Below the pieces are notes generated by a model. It searched no databases, was not told the origin of the DNA, and saw only the letters and a program-made list of their open reading frames with translations. The position numbers and the translations under genes were made by a program. 64,000 nucleotides of DNA. Source: Candidatus Raymondbacteria bacterium RIFOXYA2_FULL_49_16. Lineage in GTDB: Bacteria > Fibrobacterota > OXYB2-FULL-49-7 > XYB2-FULL-49-35. Shown here in pieces: positions 27,740 to 37,339 of the stretch (positions within the stretch are counted from its first letter, which is position 1; the number at the start of each line of letters is the position of its first letter). The DNA is taken from positions 1,811-65,810 of the forward strand of contig MFYT01000019.1 of assembly GCA_001789205.1 (NCBI GenBank), written 5' to 3'.

Positions 27740-28831
27740 GTGAAAAGCCCTGTCTTTGACCTCTACGACCGCCAGGCCATGGCCAAAGCCCTCGATCTTG
27801 CTCGTTCGGTAAAAGGGGCGACCGGGGACAATCCTGCCGTGGGAGCGGTTGTGTATAAAAAAGGCGCTATTCTGGGCATGGGCCGCACCCATATGCCCGG
27901 CCAGGATCATGCTGAAGCTGAAGCGCTCTGGCGTGCTGGAAAGAGCGCGCGTGGAGCAAGCCTTGCGGTTACCCTTGAACCCTGCTGCATCCATGGCCGC
28001 ACTTCGCCCTGCACACATGCCATTATTGCCTCTGGCATCAAACGGGTTGTTGCAGCGCTCAAAGACCCCAACCCCCTTATTCATGGCCGGGGCTTGCTCG
28101 CCCTTGCACGCGCGGGTGTTCGCATCGAATGCGGCTTAGGTGAAAGCGAAGCAATGGTGATAAACGAGGATTTTTTCAAATATATTACCACAGGAATCCC
28201 CTTTGTCGTTGTCAAGGCCGGCCTTACGTTAAACGGGCTCATTGCGGCTGATTCTCGCCATTCACGCTGGATCACTTCTGAAGAGGCCCGGCAACTGGTG
28301 CACGAGTTGCGTGCGCGTACCAACGCCGTGCTTGTAGGGCTTTCCACGGTTTTAGAGGACAATCCCAAGCTCACAGTACGGCATGTGGAAGGCCGCAACC
28401 CAATCCGTGTGGTGCTCTCGCATGGGCCGGACATTCCTAAAACATCGTATCTGGCTAAAACCGCCTCTGACATACGAACCATAGTTGTTACCCCGCGCGC
28501 ATTGCGCACGCGTTGTTCCAACGCTATTCAATACATAGATCTTGGCGCGCGCACGTCACGGCTTCCCATTCGCCAGGTTTTGCGCAGGCTTGGCGTTGCG
28601 GGCATCAAGAGCGTTCTGGTCGAGGGCGGCAGTGAAATATACACATCGTTCCTTGAACAGCGATGCATTGACATGTTCCAGCTTTTTTTTGCACCCCGGG
28701 TGCTGTCAAGCGGCATTCCCTTTGTTCACGGGCAGCGGACCCTTTCTGTACGTGAATCCCTGAATCTAAGGGATGTGACAATCAGGCAGCTTCAAAACGG
28801 GTTTATGGTAACCGCACGGCCGGAGAGATAA
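27740..28831 (+). CDS. ribD: Bifunctional riboflavin deaminase/reductase RibD
   Basis: NPAVGAV, HAE, TLEPC..GRT.PC, DPNP, SRWIT, DNPKLTVR, VLVEGG. Confidence 0.96.
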   Translation: MKSPVFDLYDRQAMAKALDLARSVKGATGDNPAVGAVVYKKGAILGMGRTHMPGQDHAEAEALWRAGKSARGASLAVTLEPCCIHGRTSPCTHAIIASGIKRVVAALKDPNPLIHGRGLLALARAGVRIECGLGESEAMVINEDFFKYITTGIPFVVVKAGLTLNGLIAADSRHSRWITSEEARQLVHELRARTNAVLVGLSTVLEDNPKLTVRHVEGRNPIRVVLSHGPDIPKTSYLAKTASDIRTIVVTPRALRTRCSNAIQYIDLGARTSRLPIRQVLRRLGVAGIKSVLVEGGSEIYTSFLEQRCIDMFQLFFAPRVLSSGIPFVHGQRTLSVRESLNLRDVTIRQLQNGFMVTARPER

Positions 28832-28833
28832 GC

Positions 28834-29466
28834 ATGTTTACCGGAATAATCGAGGAAACCGGCAGCATACGCGGGATAACCAGGAGCGGTTCTGGCGCGC
28901 GTATCGATGTGGCGTGTTCCACGATTCTTGCAGGACTCAAACAGGGCGATTCAATCGCTGTTGACGGGGTCTGTCTGACCGCCGATAGCCTCTCTAGCGC
29001 GGGTTTTTCAGCCATGGCCAGCCGCGAAACCCTTGAACGAAGCACGTTCAAGACCGCCCGACCCCAGGCTGCGGTCAATCTTGAAAGGGCCATGGCAGCC
29101 ACAGGGAGATTTGGCGGCCATTTTGTACAGGGCCATGTTGATGCAACAGGAACCATTGTCCGCGACTCACGCGATGGCGGCGCACTCTACCGGACCATAC
29201 GAATAGACCAGGCGCTGGAAAAATACTGCATAGAGAAAGGGTCCATTGCCATTGACGGTATCAGCCTTACCATTGCCATGAAGAAAAACAACGAGATGAC
29301 CCTGGTGCTTATTCCCGAAACCCTGCGGCAGACCACCCAGGGATCCAAGGGCATTGGCAGTGCGGTCAATATTGAGATTGACTGTATCGCAAAATACGTG
29401 GAAAGCCTGCTGGAAGCGCGGCAGGGACCGCTCACAGAACACAAACTCCGGGAGCATGGCTTTTGA
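28834..29466 (+). CDS. ribE: Riboflavin synthase alpha chain
   Basis: MFTGIIEE, GDSIAVDGVCLT, VNLERA, GGHFVQGHVD, KGSIAIDGISLT. Confidence 0.97.
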   Translation: MFTGIIEETGSIRGITRSGSGARIDVACSTILAGLKQGDSIAVDGVCLTADSLSSAGFSAMASRETLERSTFKTARPQAAVNLERAMAATGRFGGHFVQGHVDATGTIVRDSRDGGALYRTIRIDQALEKYCIEKGSIAIDGISLTIAMKKNNEMTLVLIPETLRQTTQGSKGIGSAVNIEIDCIAKYVESLLEARQGPLTEHKLREHGF

Positions 29467-30659
29467 AAAACCCTTTTTCGCCGGTTGAACTGGCGCTCCG
29501 CGAATATCGCAGAGGAAACATTATCGTCATTACTGACGACGAAGACCGCGAAAACGAGGGCGACCTTGCCTGTGCCGCTGACGCCATTACCCCGGCAAAA
29601 ATAAACTTCATGGCAAAATACGGCAGGGGCCTCATTTGCACGGCCATGGCTGGAGACCTGCTCGACCGGCTCAACTTGCCCATGATGACATCCAATAACC
29701 AATCGACCTTTGGGACCGGATTCACCATTACCGTTGATGCGCGTACTGGCGTATCCACCGGCATATCGGCAAAGGACCGTGCGCATACAATTAAAGTCCT
29801 TATAGATCCCAAGTCCCGCGCGGCTGATATTGTGAGTCCGGGCCATACCTTTCCGCTGCGCGCGCGCGACGGCGGCGTGCTCATCAGAGCTGGCCAGACC
29901 GAGGCGAGCGTTGATCTTGCCCGCATGGCCGGCCAGACGCCTGCCGGGGTCATCTGTGAAATTATGAACGCTGACGGTTCCATGGCACGTTTGCCCGATC
30001 TTGCTAAATTTGTCAAAACGCACCGGCTTGCCATGATCAGCATCAAGAGCCTCATAGAATACCGTTTGCGGAATGAGAAAATCGTCAAACGCATTGCCGA
30101 ACCGGATCTTCCCACGAAATGGGGTGATTTCAAGCTTTGCGCCTACGAGGAGATCATTACGGGCGCATGCCATTTTGCCCTGGTCAAGGGAGATATAGAT
30201 CCCCGCAGGCCAGTGCTGGTGCGGGTCCATTCAGAGTGCCTTACGGGCGATATTCTCGGGTCTCTTAGGTGCGATTGCGGCCCGCAGCTCGATCTGGCGC
30301 TGCAGCAGATCGGCCGGCAGGGCGGTGTGCTTGTGTATCTGAGGCAGGAGGGACGGGGCATTGGTTTCGCGAACAAGATGCGGGCCTATGCGCTTCAGGA
30401 CAAAGGACTCGACACGGTCGAGGCCAATGTCGAACTGGGCTTTCCACCCGACAAAAGGGACTATGGTATTGGCGCGCAGATACTGGCTGACCTGGGCGTC
30501 TGTAAAATCCGGCTGCTCACCAACAACCCAAAGAAAATCTACGGTCTCGAAGGATACAATATTGAAATAGTCGAACGCCTGTCCATAAGGGTTACGCCGA
30601 ACAAGTCGAATAAAAAATACCTGAAAACGAAAAAAGAAAAACTGGGTCATTTGTTTTAA
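29463..30659 (+). CDS. ribBA: Bifunctional DHBP synthase / GTP cyclohydrolase II
   Basis: DDEDRENEGD, TGISA.DR, RAGQTEA; RVHSECLTGD..GSLRCDCG, QEGRGIG, LLTNNP.K. Confidence 0.97.
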   Translation: MKNPFSPVELALREYRRGNIIVITDDEDRENEGDLACAADAITPAKINFMAKYGRGLICTAMAGDLLDRLNLPMMTSNNQSTFGTGFTITVDARTGVSTGISAKDRAHTIKVLIDPKSRAADIVSPGHTFPLRARDGGVLIRAGQTEASVDLARMAGQTPAGVICEIMNADGSMARLPDLAKFVKTHRLAMISIKSLIEYRLRNEKIVKRIAEPDLPTKWGDFKLCAYEEIITGACHFALVKGDIDPRRPVLVRVHSECLTGDILGSLRCDCGPQLDLALQQIGRQGGVLVYLRQEGRGIGFANKMRAYALQDKGLDTVEANVELGFPPDKRDYGIGAQILADLGVCKIRLLTNNPKKIYGLEGYNIEIVERLSIRVTPNKSNKKYLKTKKEKLGHLF

Positions 30660-30668
30660 GGAGGAGCT

Positions 30669-31136
30669 ATGTCAGTAAAGATCGAAGGGAACATTACCGC
30701 GAAGAATGTGCGCATTGCGCTGGTAATCAGCCGGTTCAACGACCTGATCTCCCGTAAATTGCTTGAGGGCGCCCGAGACTGCGTTCTGCGGCACGACGGC
30801 GAGGAGAAAAACCTGACCGAGGTGTATGTGCCTGGCTCATTTGAGATCCCCCTGGCGGCGAAAACACTCGCCGCGAGTGGAAAGTACGATGCGGTCGTCT
30901 GCCTGGGCGCGGTCATCCGCGGGGCAACCCCCCATTTTGACATGGTCGCCCAGCAGGTCAGCCGGGGTATTGCCACCGCGTCGCTCGAGACCGGTATGCC
31001 GGTCATTTTTGGCGTGATTACCGCCGACACCATTGAACAGGCCATTGAACGCGCGGGCACAAAGGCGGGCAACAGGGGATGGGACGCTGCCCTTGCCGCA
31101 CTTGAAATGGCCGACGTCATGAAGAAACTGAAATGA
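30669..31136 (+). CDS. ribH: Lumazine synthase
   Basis: [38 protein letters not shown]. Confidence 0.97.
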   Translation: MSVKIEGNITAKNVRIALVISRFNDLISRKLLEGARDCVLRHDGEEKNLTEVYVPGSFEIPLAAKTLAASGKYDAVVCLGAVIRGATPHFDMVAQQVSRGIATASLETGMPVIFGVITADTIEQAIERAGTKAGNRGWDAALAALEMADVMKKLK

Positions 31137-31573
31137 AACGCAGACGTTTGGCACGGGAACTTTCACTTCAGGCCCTGTACAGCATCGATATAGCGCATGA
31201 GGGCCTGGAAAAGATCCTTCTGGACATTAAGGCGGACAAGGACCTCGACGCTGAGACGTGGGAGTACATGCAGCGCCTGTCCGCCGTGGTTGTTTCGCGG
31301 CGACAGGAACTCGACGACCTCATCCAGAAGCAGTGCGACAACTGGGAATTGGACCGCGTCGCGGTCCTGGACAAGAACATTCTGCGCATGGCCATTGCGG
31401 AAATACTTTTTTTTGAGGACATTCCGCCCAAGGTTTCAATAGACGAGGCCATTGAACTGGCGAAGAAATTCAGCACGGACAAATCGGGGCAGTTTGTAAA
31501 TGGCATACTCGACCCCATTGCGTTTAAAGATACAAAAAAGGAAACAACAGCAGGAGAAAGTCATGGTGTATAA
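31133..31573 (+). CDS. nusB: Transcription antitermination factor NusB
   Basis: RRLARE..LQALY, W.LDR...[24 protein letters not shown]. Confidence 0.96.
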   Translation: MKRRRLARELSLQALYSIDIAHEGLEKILLDIKADKDLDAETWEYMQRLSAVVVSRRQELDDLIQKQCDNWELDRVAVLDKNILRMAIAEILFFEDIPPKVSIDEAIELAKKFSTDKSGQFVNGILDPIAFKDTKKETTAGESHGV

Positions 31574-34562
31574 CGAGAAAAAAGTCATCGGGATATTCGG
31601 GGCGCTGGTCTTCGTGTTTGCCCTCATTCCCTATTTGCTCACGGTCCAGCCCACGGTCCCCTTCTGGGATTGCGGTGAGTTTGTGGCGTGCGGTAATTCT
31701 ATGGGAGTGCCCCATCCTCCGGGAAGCCCATTGTTTGTCATCCTGGGACGGGTGGTCATCATGGCCCTCTCCTTTATCAAGGAGATCAGCCTGCGCATGA
31801 ATCTCATCTCGGTTTTTTCCGGCGCCCTGACCGCGCTCCTCATCTACCTTTCAGTCATCCGGATTTTCAAGATGTGGTTTAAGCCCGGGGACAACGCGAC
31901 CCTGTGGGAACGGCTCATTCCGGTCATCGGCGGCTTTGCCTCGGGTCTTCTCTGCACCTATTCCTACACACCATGGTTCAGCTGCGTTGAATCGGAAAGT
32001 TACGCGTTTACCATGCTCATCATTTTCCTCGAAGTGTGGCTGGCGCTCAAATGGTTTGATTTCAAGGGCACGGCTGATGGTGATAAAATGCTCATTTTTA
32101 TCACGTTTCTCGCCTATCTGGGCATTGGCTCCAGCCTGTACACCATGATCCCGGTGCCCTTTGTTTTCCTGTTTGTCGTCATGAACGAGCCGCAGAAATT
32201 GAAGCATTACCAGCTCTGGCTCGTCGGTTTCTGCATTCTTTCGATCATGTATTCCATCGCGAGCTTTCTCATCATTGCGCCAGTGCTTCTTGTCTACTGC
32301 CTGCTCTGGATATTCCTTGACAAGGAGAGCGCGAAATACATTAACGGCGTATTTATCGGCTTTTTCGGCCTGTGGCAGCTGAAGAACGCCCTTCCCCAGC
32401 AAAACGACGGGTTCGACGGCCTTGATTTTATCATGGGCCTTACCTATCTGGCGCTTGCCATTTTGCCTTTTATGGTGCAGGTCCAATCTAAAGTCCAGGA
32501 ACGGTCCAAATGGTATCTATGTTTCTGGCTCATATTTGCGGCAACGCTTGGATATTCAGTCAATTTTGTGATGCCGATCCGTTCATTCCTCGACCCCATG
32601 ATCGACGAAAACAACCCCGAAGTCGTCATTAAAGAACCCGGAGATATATTTAAAAAAGAAACGTGGAACCAGTTGTTCTATTTTCTTGAGCGCAAACAAT
32701 ACGGCGATGAGAGCATGGTCATGCGCATGTTTCACCGCCGCGGCACGCTATTTCACCAGTTTATCAACCATCGGAACATGGGTTTTGGCGGTTATCTGGT
32801 AGCGCAGCTCTATAATTTTGGCGACCTGAAGGAAGGATCAATTGAGCTGGGCGACAATGCGGGAAAGAGGGCCATTAAGCTTCTTCTGTATCTGGCGCCG
32901 CTTTTTCTGGTCATCTGGGCCGTTGCCTATATATACAAAAGAGAGCGTAAAGGGGCGGTGTTCCTTGGAGCGCTCCTTTTGGCAAATACTCTTGGACTTA
33001 TTTTTTACATGAATTTTGCCGATGGGACCCAGCCCGAAAACCGCGACCTTGTCCAATGGGAGCGGAATGGCCGTATGGGACCGCAACCCGAACCGGTCCA
33101 GCTTGAAGTGAGGGAGCGCGACTATTTTTATTCAGCGGGATATTTATTGTATAGCATGTGGGTGGGTATTGGCCTTGCGTGCCTGCTCCATTCCTTTGCC
33201 CAGAAATATCGTGGACGGAAGATGTTCTCTACGCTGGGGCCGCTCATTGCCGTACTTGTCATGGCGACACCCGCAATCCCGCTGTCCATCAACATGGGCT
33301 TGCGCACCAGGGCTGATAACTGGGTGGCCTACGATTATGCCTACAATCTGCTCCAGTCATGCGAACGCGATGGCATCCTTTTTACCAATGGCGACAACGA
33401 CACCTTTCCCCTCTGGGCACTGCAGGAGGGGTATGGCATACGCCGCGATGTACGGATTGTCAACTTGAGTCTTCTGAACACTGATTGGTATATAGCTCAG
33501 CTGTTCGACCACAAGCCGGTCATTACGATTCCCACAGTAGTGTTTGACGAATATTTCAGGCCGCAGCTCCTTTCAAAGGAGAATTTCGTCACAACCATCA
33601 ATCATCACAGAAACATGCTCCAGAAGCCCCAAAAGGTGGTGCTTTCCTCTTGGAAGCTTGAGGTGGAGGTCCCGGACATTAAAAAGAAGAATTTTTTCCG
33701 GATACAGGACTACATGGTCATGAATATTGTCCATGGAAACGCGGGAAAAAGGCCCATCTATTTTGCGGTCACTGTTTCCGAGGGTAATATGATGGGGCTC
33801 GAATCCTATCTTTCCATGGAAGGACTTGTGTACCGCCTTACCCAGGAACACCAGACATCGCGCATGAACATTGAGAGGACCTTATTCAACCTGGACAAGG
33901 TATACCGGTATACCTTCCTTGGCCGCAAGGGACTCTATCTTGGTCCGGACAACGAACGGTTACTTTCCAATTACGCGGCTTCTTTTATCGGCTATGTATA
34001 CGAGGAGCGCAGCAACCTGATGCGCCTCCGGCAGCAGGAAAAAGACCTGGAAAGCGGCATCAACGGGCTCAAGGCGGCCAAGAAGGTCGATGCGGCTGCT
34101 GTTGCGGCCAAGGAAAGCGAGCTTGCCGCAGTCCGTATACAAGCCGACAGCTTGTTCGCGAACATGCAGCGCGAGCTCGAACGGTGTATTTCAATCCTGC
34201 CCATGGATTGGCGTTCGCGTGTGCTCGCGGCGCAGATCTATGCCCAGGACAACAAGTACGACCTTGCCGAGGCAAAGCTCAAGGAAGGACTCAATCTTAA
34301 TCCTGATGAATTTGTCTATGTTTCGAACATGGGGCTCTTCCTGCGCGACATAGGCAAGGAAAAAGAGGCAATGCCCTATTTCGAGAAAGCGGTGAATGTA
34401 CTCGACAATGATCTTGCTAATGTCAAGCACCGTGAGACGCTTGGCATGGCCCAGGCTTTGGTTGATATGTATAAAAAAGAAGGCCAGAAAGAAAAGGCCG
34501 AAAACCTGGAGCAGAAACTGAACGCGGTGCGTTCCATGTATCAGCGGATGAGGTCGAATTGA
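31563..34562 (+). CDS. DUF2723 / TMEM260-like GT-C glycosyltransferase with C-terminal TPR-like repeats
   Basis: PFWDCGEF, HPPGSP, ESESYA, DENNP, RERDYFY, LFTNGDNDTFPLW..Q...G.R.DV...NLSLLNTDWY, EGLVYR; many TM segments; start ATG 31563 with RBS AGGAG. Confidence 0.9.
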   Translation: MVYNEKKVIGIFGALVFVFALIPYLLTVQPTVPFWDCGEFVACGNSMGVPHPPGSPLFVILGRVVIMALSFIKEISLRMNLISVFSGALTALLIYLSVIRIFKMWFKPGDNATLWERLIPVIGGFASGLLCTYSYTPWFSCVESESYAFTMLIIFLEVWLALKWFDFKGTADGDKMLIFITFLAYLGIGSSLYTMIPVPFVFLFVVMNEPQKLKHYQLWLVGFCILSIMYSIASFLIIAPVLLVYCLLWIFLDKESAKYINGVFIGFFGLWQLKNALPQQNDGFDGLDFIMGLTYLALAILPFMVQVQSKVQERSKWYLCFWLIFAATLGYSVNFVMPIRSFLDPMIDENNPEVVIKEPGDIFKKETWNQLFYFLERKQYGDESMVMRMFHRRGTLFHQFINHRNMGFGGYLVAQLYNFGDLKEGSIELGDNAGKRAIKLLLYLAPLFLVIWAVAYIYKRERKGAVFLGALLLANTLGLIFYMNFADGTQPENRDLVQWERNGRMGPQPEPVQLEVRERDYFYSAGYLLYSMWVGIGLACLLHSFAQKYRGRKMFSTLGPLIAVLVMATPAIPLSINMGLRTRADNWVAYDYAYNLLQSCERDGILFTNGDNDTFPLWALQEGYGIRRDVRIVNLSLLNTDWYIAQLFDHKPVITIPTVVFDEYFRPQLLSKENFVTTINHHRNMLQKPQKVVLSSWKLEVEVPDIKKKNFFRIQDYMVMNIVHGNAGKRPIYFAVTVSEGNMMGLESYLSMEGLVYRLTQEHQTSRMNIERTLFNLDKVYRYTFLGRKGLYLGPDNERLLSNYAASFIGYVYEERSNLMRLRQQEKDLESGINGLKAAKKVDAAAVAAKESELAAVRIQADSLFANMQRELERCISILPMDWRSRVLAAQIYAQDNKYDLAEAKLKEGLNLNPDEFVYVSNMGLFLRDIGKEKEAMPYFEKAVNVLDNDLANVKHRETLGMAQALVDMYKKEGQKEKAENLEQKLNAVRSMYQRMRSN

Positions 34563-34614
34563 CCTCACCCTGTCAGCCTTTTCAGGCTGACATCCCTTTC
34601 CTAAGAGGAGAGGG
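34563..34614. repeat. REP-like double-hairpin intergenic element
   Basis: CCTCACCC + TGTCAGCCT/AGGCTGACA hairpin + CCCTTTCCT/AGGAGAGGG hairpin. Confidence 0.5.
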
Positions 34615-34637
34615 AAAACAAAGGGATTCCATATTGT

Positions 34638-35390
34638 ATGCAGCCATTTTTATCCATCGTTATTCCCGCATACAACGAAGAACGCCGCATTGGCGCCTCT
34701 TTGGAAGCGATCAAGGCGTATCTAGCGTCAAAGGCCTGGAGGTATGAGATTGTCATAGCTGATGACGGATGCAGCGACAACACGGAACAGGTGGTCCGGT
34801 CAATCCTTGGCGCCAATGGCCCGCTCATTTACCTGAAGGGCGGGCAGAACCAAGGAAAGGGAAATGCGGTAAAAAGAGGCATGCTGGCCAGTACCGGTGA
34901 GTTTTCCCTGCTTACGGACGCCGACCTTTCAACTCCCATCGAAGAATTCGACAAATTCCTGGTGCACCTGACTTCCGCTGATTCTGTTGTTACCGGCACA
35001 AGAAAAACGATTGGCGCCAATGTAACCAAACACCAGGCATTTATCCGCGAGAACATGGGCAAATGTTTTACCCTATTCACCAATGTCATTCTGTCGCTTG
35101 GTCAGAGCGACTATACCTGCGGATTCAAGGTTTTTGGCCAGGCCGCGCGGCAGCGGATTTTTTCCGCAGCACGCATTGACCGCTGGGGGTATGACTCGGA
35201 GATATTTTTTCTTGCCAAGCTTTTTGGTTTCACGGTCACCGAAGTTCCCGTGGTATGGGCCAATTCGGAGGCGACCAGGGTGAACCTGCTCCTCGATTCC
35301 GCGCGGTCGTTCAAGGAACTATTCGAGATACGGTGGAATCAGGCAGGTGGGAAATACAAAGTAGGGCCGATCAGAAAGAATCTATGTTGA
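34638..35390 (+). CDS. GT2 polyprenol-phosphate hexosyltransferase (Dol-P-Man/Glc synthase-like)
   Basis: SIVIPAYNEE.RI, DDGCSD.T, N.GKG.AVK.G, DADLSTP, D.TCGFK.F, WGYD.E, EVPV.W. Confidence 0.9.
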   Translation: MQPFLSIVIPAYNEERRIGASLEAIKAYLASKAWRYEIVIADDGCSDNTEQVVRSILGANGPLIYLKGGQNQGKGNAVKRGMLASTGEFSLLTDADLSTPIEEFDKFLVHLTSADSVVTGTRKTIGANVTKHQAFIRENMGKCFTLFTNVILSLGQSDYTCGFKVFGQAARQRIFSAARIDRWGYDSEIFFLAKLFGFTVTEVPVVWANSEATRVNLLLDSARSFKELFEIRWNQAGGKYKVGPIRKNLC

Positions 35391-35637
35391 CCACATATAC
35401 CAATCCGTTCAACCTCTCTACGGCCATCACCGTGAACCTTGAAATGGCGTCGAATGTTAATATCGGAATTTTCAGTGTTAACGGGAGATTGGTCACCGAG
35501 GTTGCGAACAGGATATTATCATTGGGAACTCATACCCTCGTATGAAATGCAAAAGGTCTTTTCTAGCGCTTGCTATATCATCCGTACTCAGATTGGAAGG
35601 GGGAACTTTTTTCAATAGGGCTGTGCTTCTTCGCTGA
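35384..35637 (+). pseudogene. Orphan, disrupted FlgD/T9SS-like C-terminal domain remnant
   Basis: YTNPFNLSTAI...IGIFSVNGRLV..V....L..GTH.LV-TGA-NA (conserved Trp now stop), then frameshifted S.CYIIR...VLLR-stop. Confidence 0.7.
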
Positions 35638-35667
35638 CGTATCGACCTGTCGCATGCAGGGTATTCA

Positions 35668-36407
35668 TCATGGCTTTTTAAAGTGAAAGTTTGCCGTACA
35701 GGGCAGAACTTTCTGCAGTATAGCGGATTTTGAAAGAATGTAATAATAGATTGTTTTCAGTGGCACTCTCTTTGTCAATTTCTGGTTGAAGCGGATGGTG
35801 GCCTGGAGGCCCGATTCCCTGGCGATTCCGAGCAGCTTCTTATAGACAATGACATCTTCGGGAACCATGGACCTTTTCCTGTTCACGCGCGTGTAGGCAA
35901 GCTTATAGAACAATTGCGTCGTGGAGGGCTCGTGTAAGAAAAAGCAATGGCCGCCGCTACGTAAAACACGGGATATTTCTGCCATTGCTTTGCCAGCTCG
36001 GCAAAGTGATGGGCGGCTGCAAAACAGAAAACAACATCCATTGACGATGAGGCCTCCGGGATCTTGTATGATGTGCATGCATACGCATTGTCCAATGAGA
36101 CATTGAACACGTGCTCCCATTTCGGCTTCGATGCTATTGCGTATTCGCTGATGTTGGTCAATATGACCTTGAGATGCGGGAACACCTTCTTGCGCTCGCA
36201 GGATGCCCATCCCTGTCCGCCGCCAAGTTCCAGAACGGTTTCCTGCCGATTTGAAGTATTCCTTGTATCCGTCCAGGATGCTTCAAATACCCCGCAGTCC
36301 GTCATTTTATTTATTAAATTGTCAATAGGACCCGATTCCGGGCGTTCACTCGTCGAGTCTCTCCAGTAGGTGATCTCGGATAGCTCCCGTTCTTCCTGTG
36401 ATTCCAT
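35668..36407 (-). pseudogene. Class I SAM-dependent methyltransferase, frameshifted near 35995
   Basis: Frame 1: VLELGGGQGW, DVVFCFAAAHHF; frame 2 continues AMAEISRVLRSGG..FFLHEP. Confidence 0.8.
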
Positions 36408-36433
36408 TGGGGTGGTCTCTCCTGTGGTTTATT

Positions 36434-37339
36434 TCAGAAACATGAATAGCGGAATATTTCCCACGCTGCTCTGACTGATGAACGCAGGCTCCTTTTTGTA
36501 TGGCCGGAAGAAACCAGTGTTTGTGCAATCAAGTTCTGCAACCGGCGGCATTCCTGCTGCTCTTCGGCGGTTAGCCCCAGCCTTTGGATGTTTTCAAGCA
36601 CACAATGATACAAAGGCGCTCTGAGGTCCGGACGAAGTTTGGCGCTTATCCAGTCCGGGTTTCCCGTCAATACCTGCCATGCCTGAGAAACGGTTCCGCC
36701 GCGCGCATCATTGTTCCCGAAAAGGTTTCCTCCATGCTGCCGGTATCGTGTCAATGTTTCCGGAACATAGGTGATACCGGTTGTTTTCTCGGCGACCAGG
36801 GCAAGCCACCAGTCGTGGACCGGAAGCCCTTCGGGAAAAGGAAGGGCACGGTCCAGCAGCTCCCTGCGGAACATTGATGTGCAGCCGGTAACGGAATTTC
36901 TGAAAAGAAGTTTTTTAAACTCGGTCCGGGTCTGCTTATGGATCTGCCGACTGAAGGATGGGGCCACGATTGCGCCTTGATGATCAATGACGGATGCGTC
37001 ACTGTGAACAAGGCTTGCGTGTTTAATTCCCTGCAGAAGCCGTTCGACCTTGCCGGGTTCCCAGATGTCGTCCTGATCGCAGAGCGCAACATATTCACCA
37101 TGGCAGGACCTCAACGCGTTTTCGAAGTTCCAGGTCGCGCCCTTTTTTCCAGGATTCCTGATCACCGTGAGCGGTAGCCTGCCAGCATATTCGGCCAGAA
37201 TGTCCAGGGTCTTGTCTGTGGAACCGTCGTCCGAGGCTATGACCTCTGTCACTGGTTTTGTCTGCAGTACAAGGCTGTCGAGCAATTCCCGGATGAATCC
37301 GGCACCGTTGTAAAGGGCCAGGGCAATGGTAACGTTCAA
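36434..37339 (-). CDS. GT2 glycosyltransferase (rhamnosyltransferase-like)
   Basis: YNG..FI.E.LDS, DDGSTD, CDQDDIW, VTGCT, HDWW, YRQHG.N. Confidence 0.9.
   Translation of the reverse strand: MNVTIALALYNGAGFIRELLDSLVLQTKPVTEVIASDDGSTDKTLDILAEYAGRLPLTVIRNPGKKGATWNFENALRSCHGEYVALCDQDDIWEPGKVERLLQGIKHASLVHSDASVIDHQGAIVAPSFSRQIHKQTRTEFKKLLFRNSVTGCTSMFRRELLDRALPFPEGLPVHDWWLALVAEKTTGITYVPETLTRYRQHGGNLFGNNDARGGTVSQAWQVLTGNPDWISAKLRPDLRAPLYHCVLENIQRLGLTAEEQQECRRLQNLIAQTLVSSGHTKRSLRSSVRAAWEIFRYSCF

Noticed and set aside
29187-30230. Long antisense ORFs (347 and 233 aa) opposite ribE/ribBA; similar ones opposite lepA and the SpoIIE gene
   Set aside because: Expected antisense frames of conserved genes; no RBS or family motifs.
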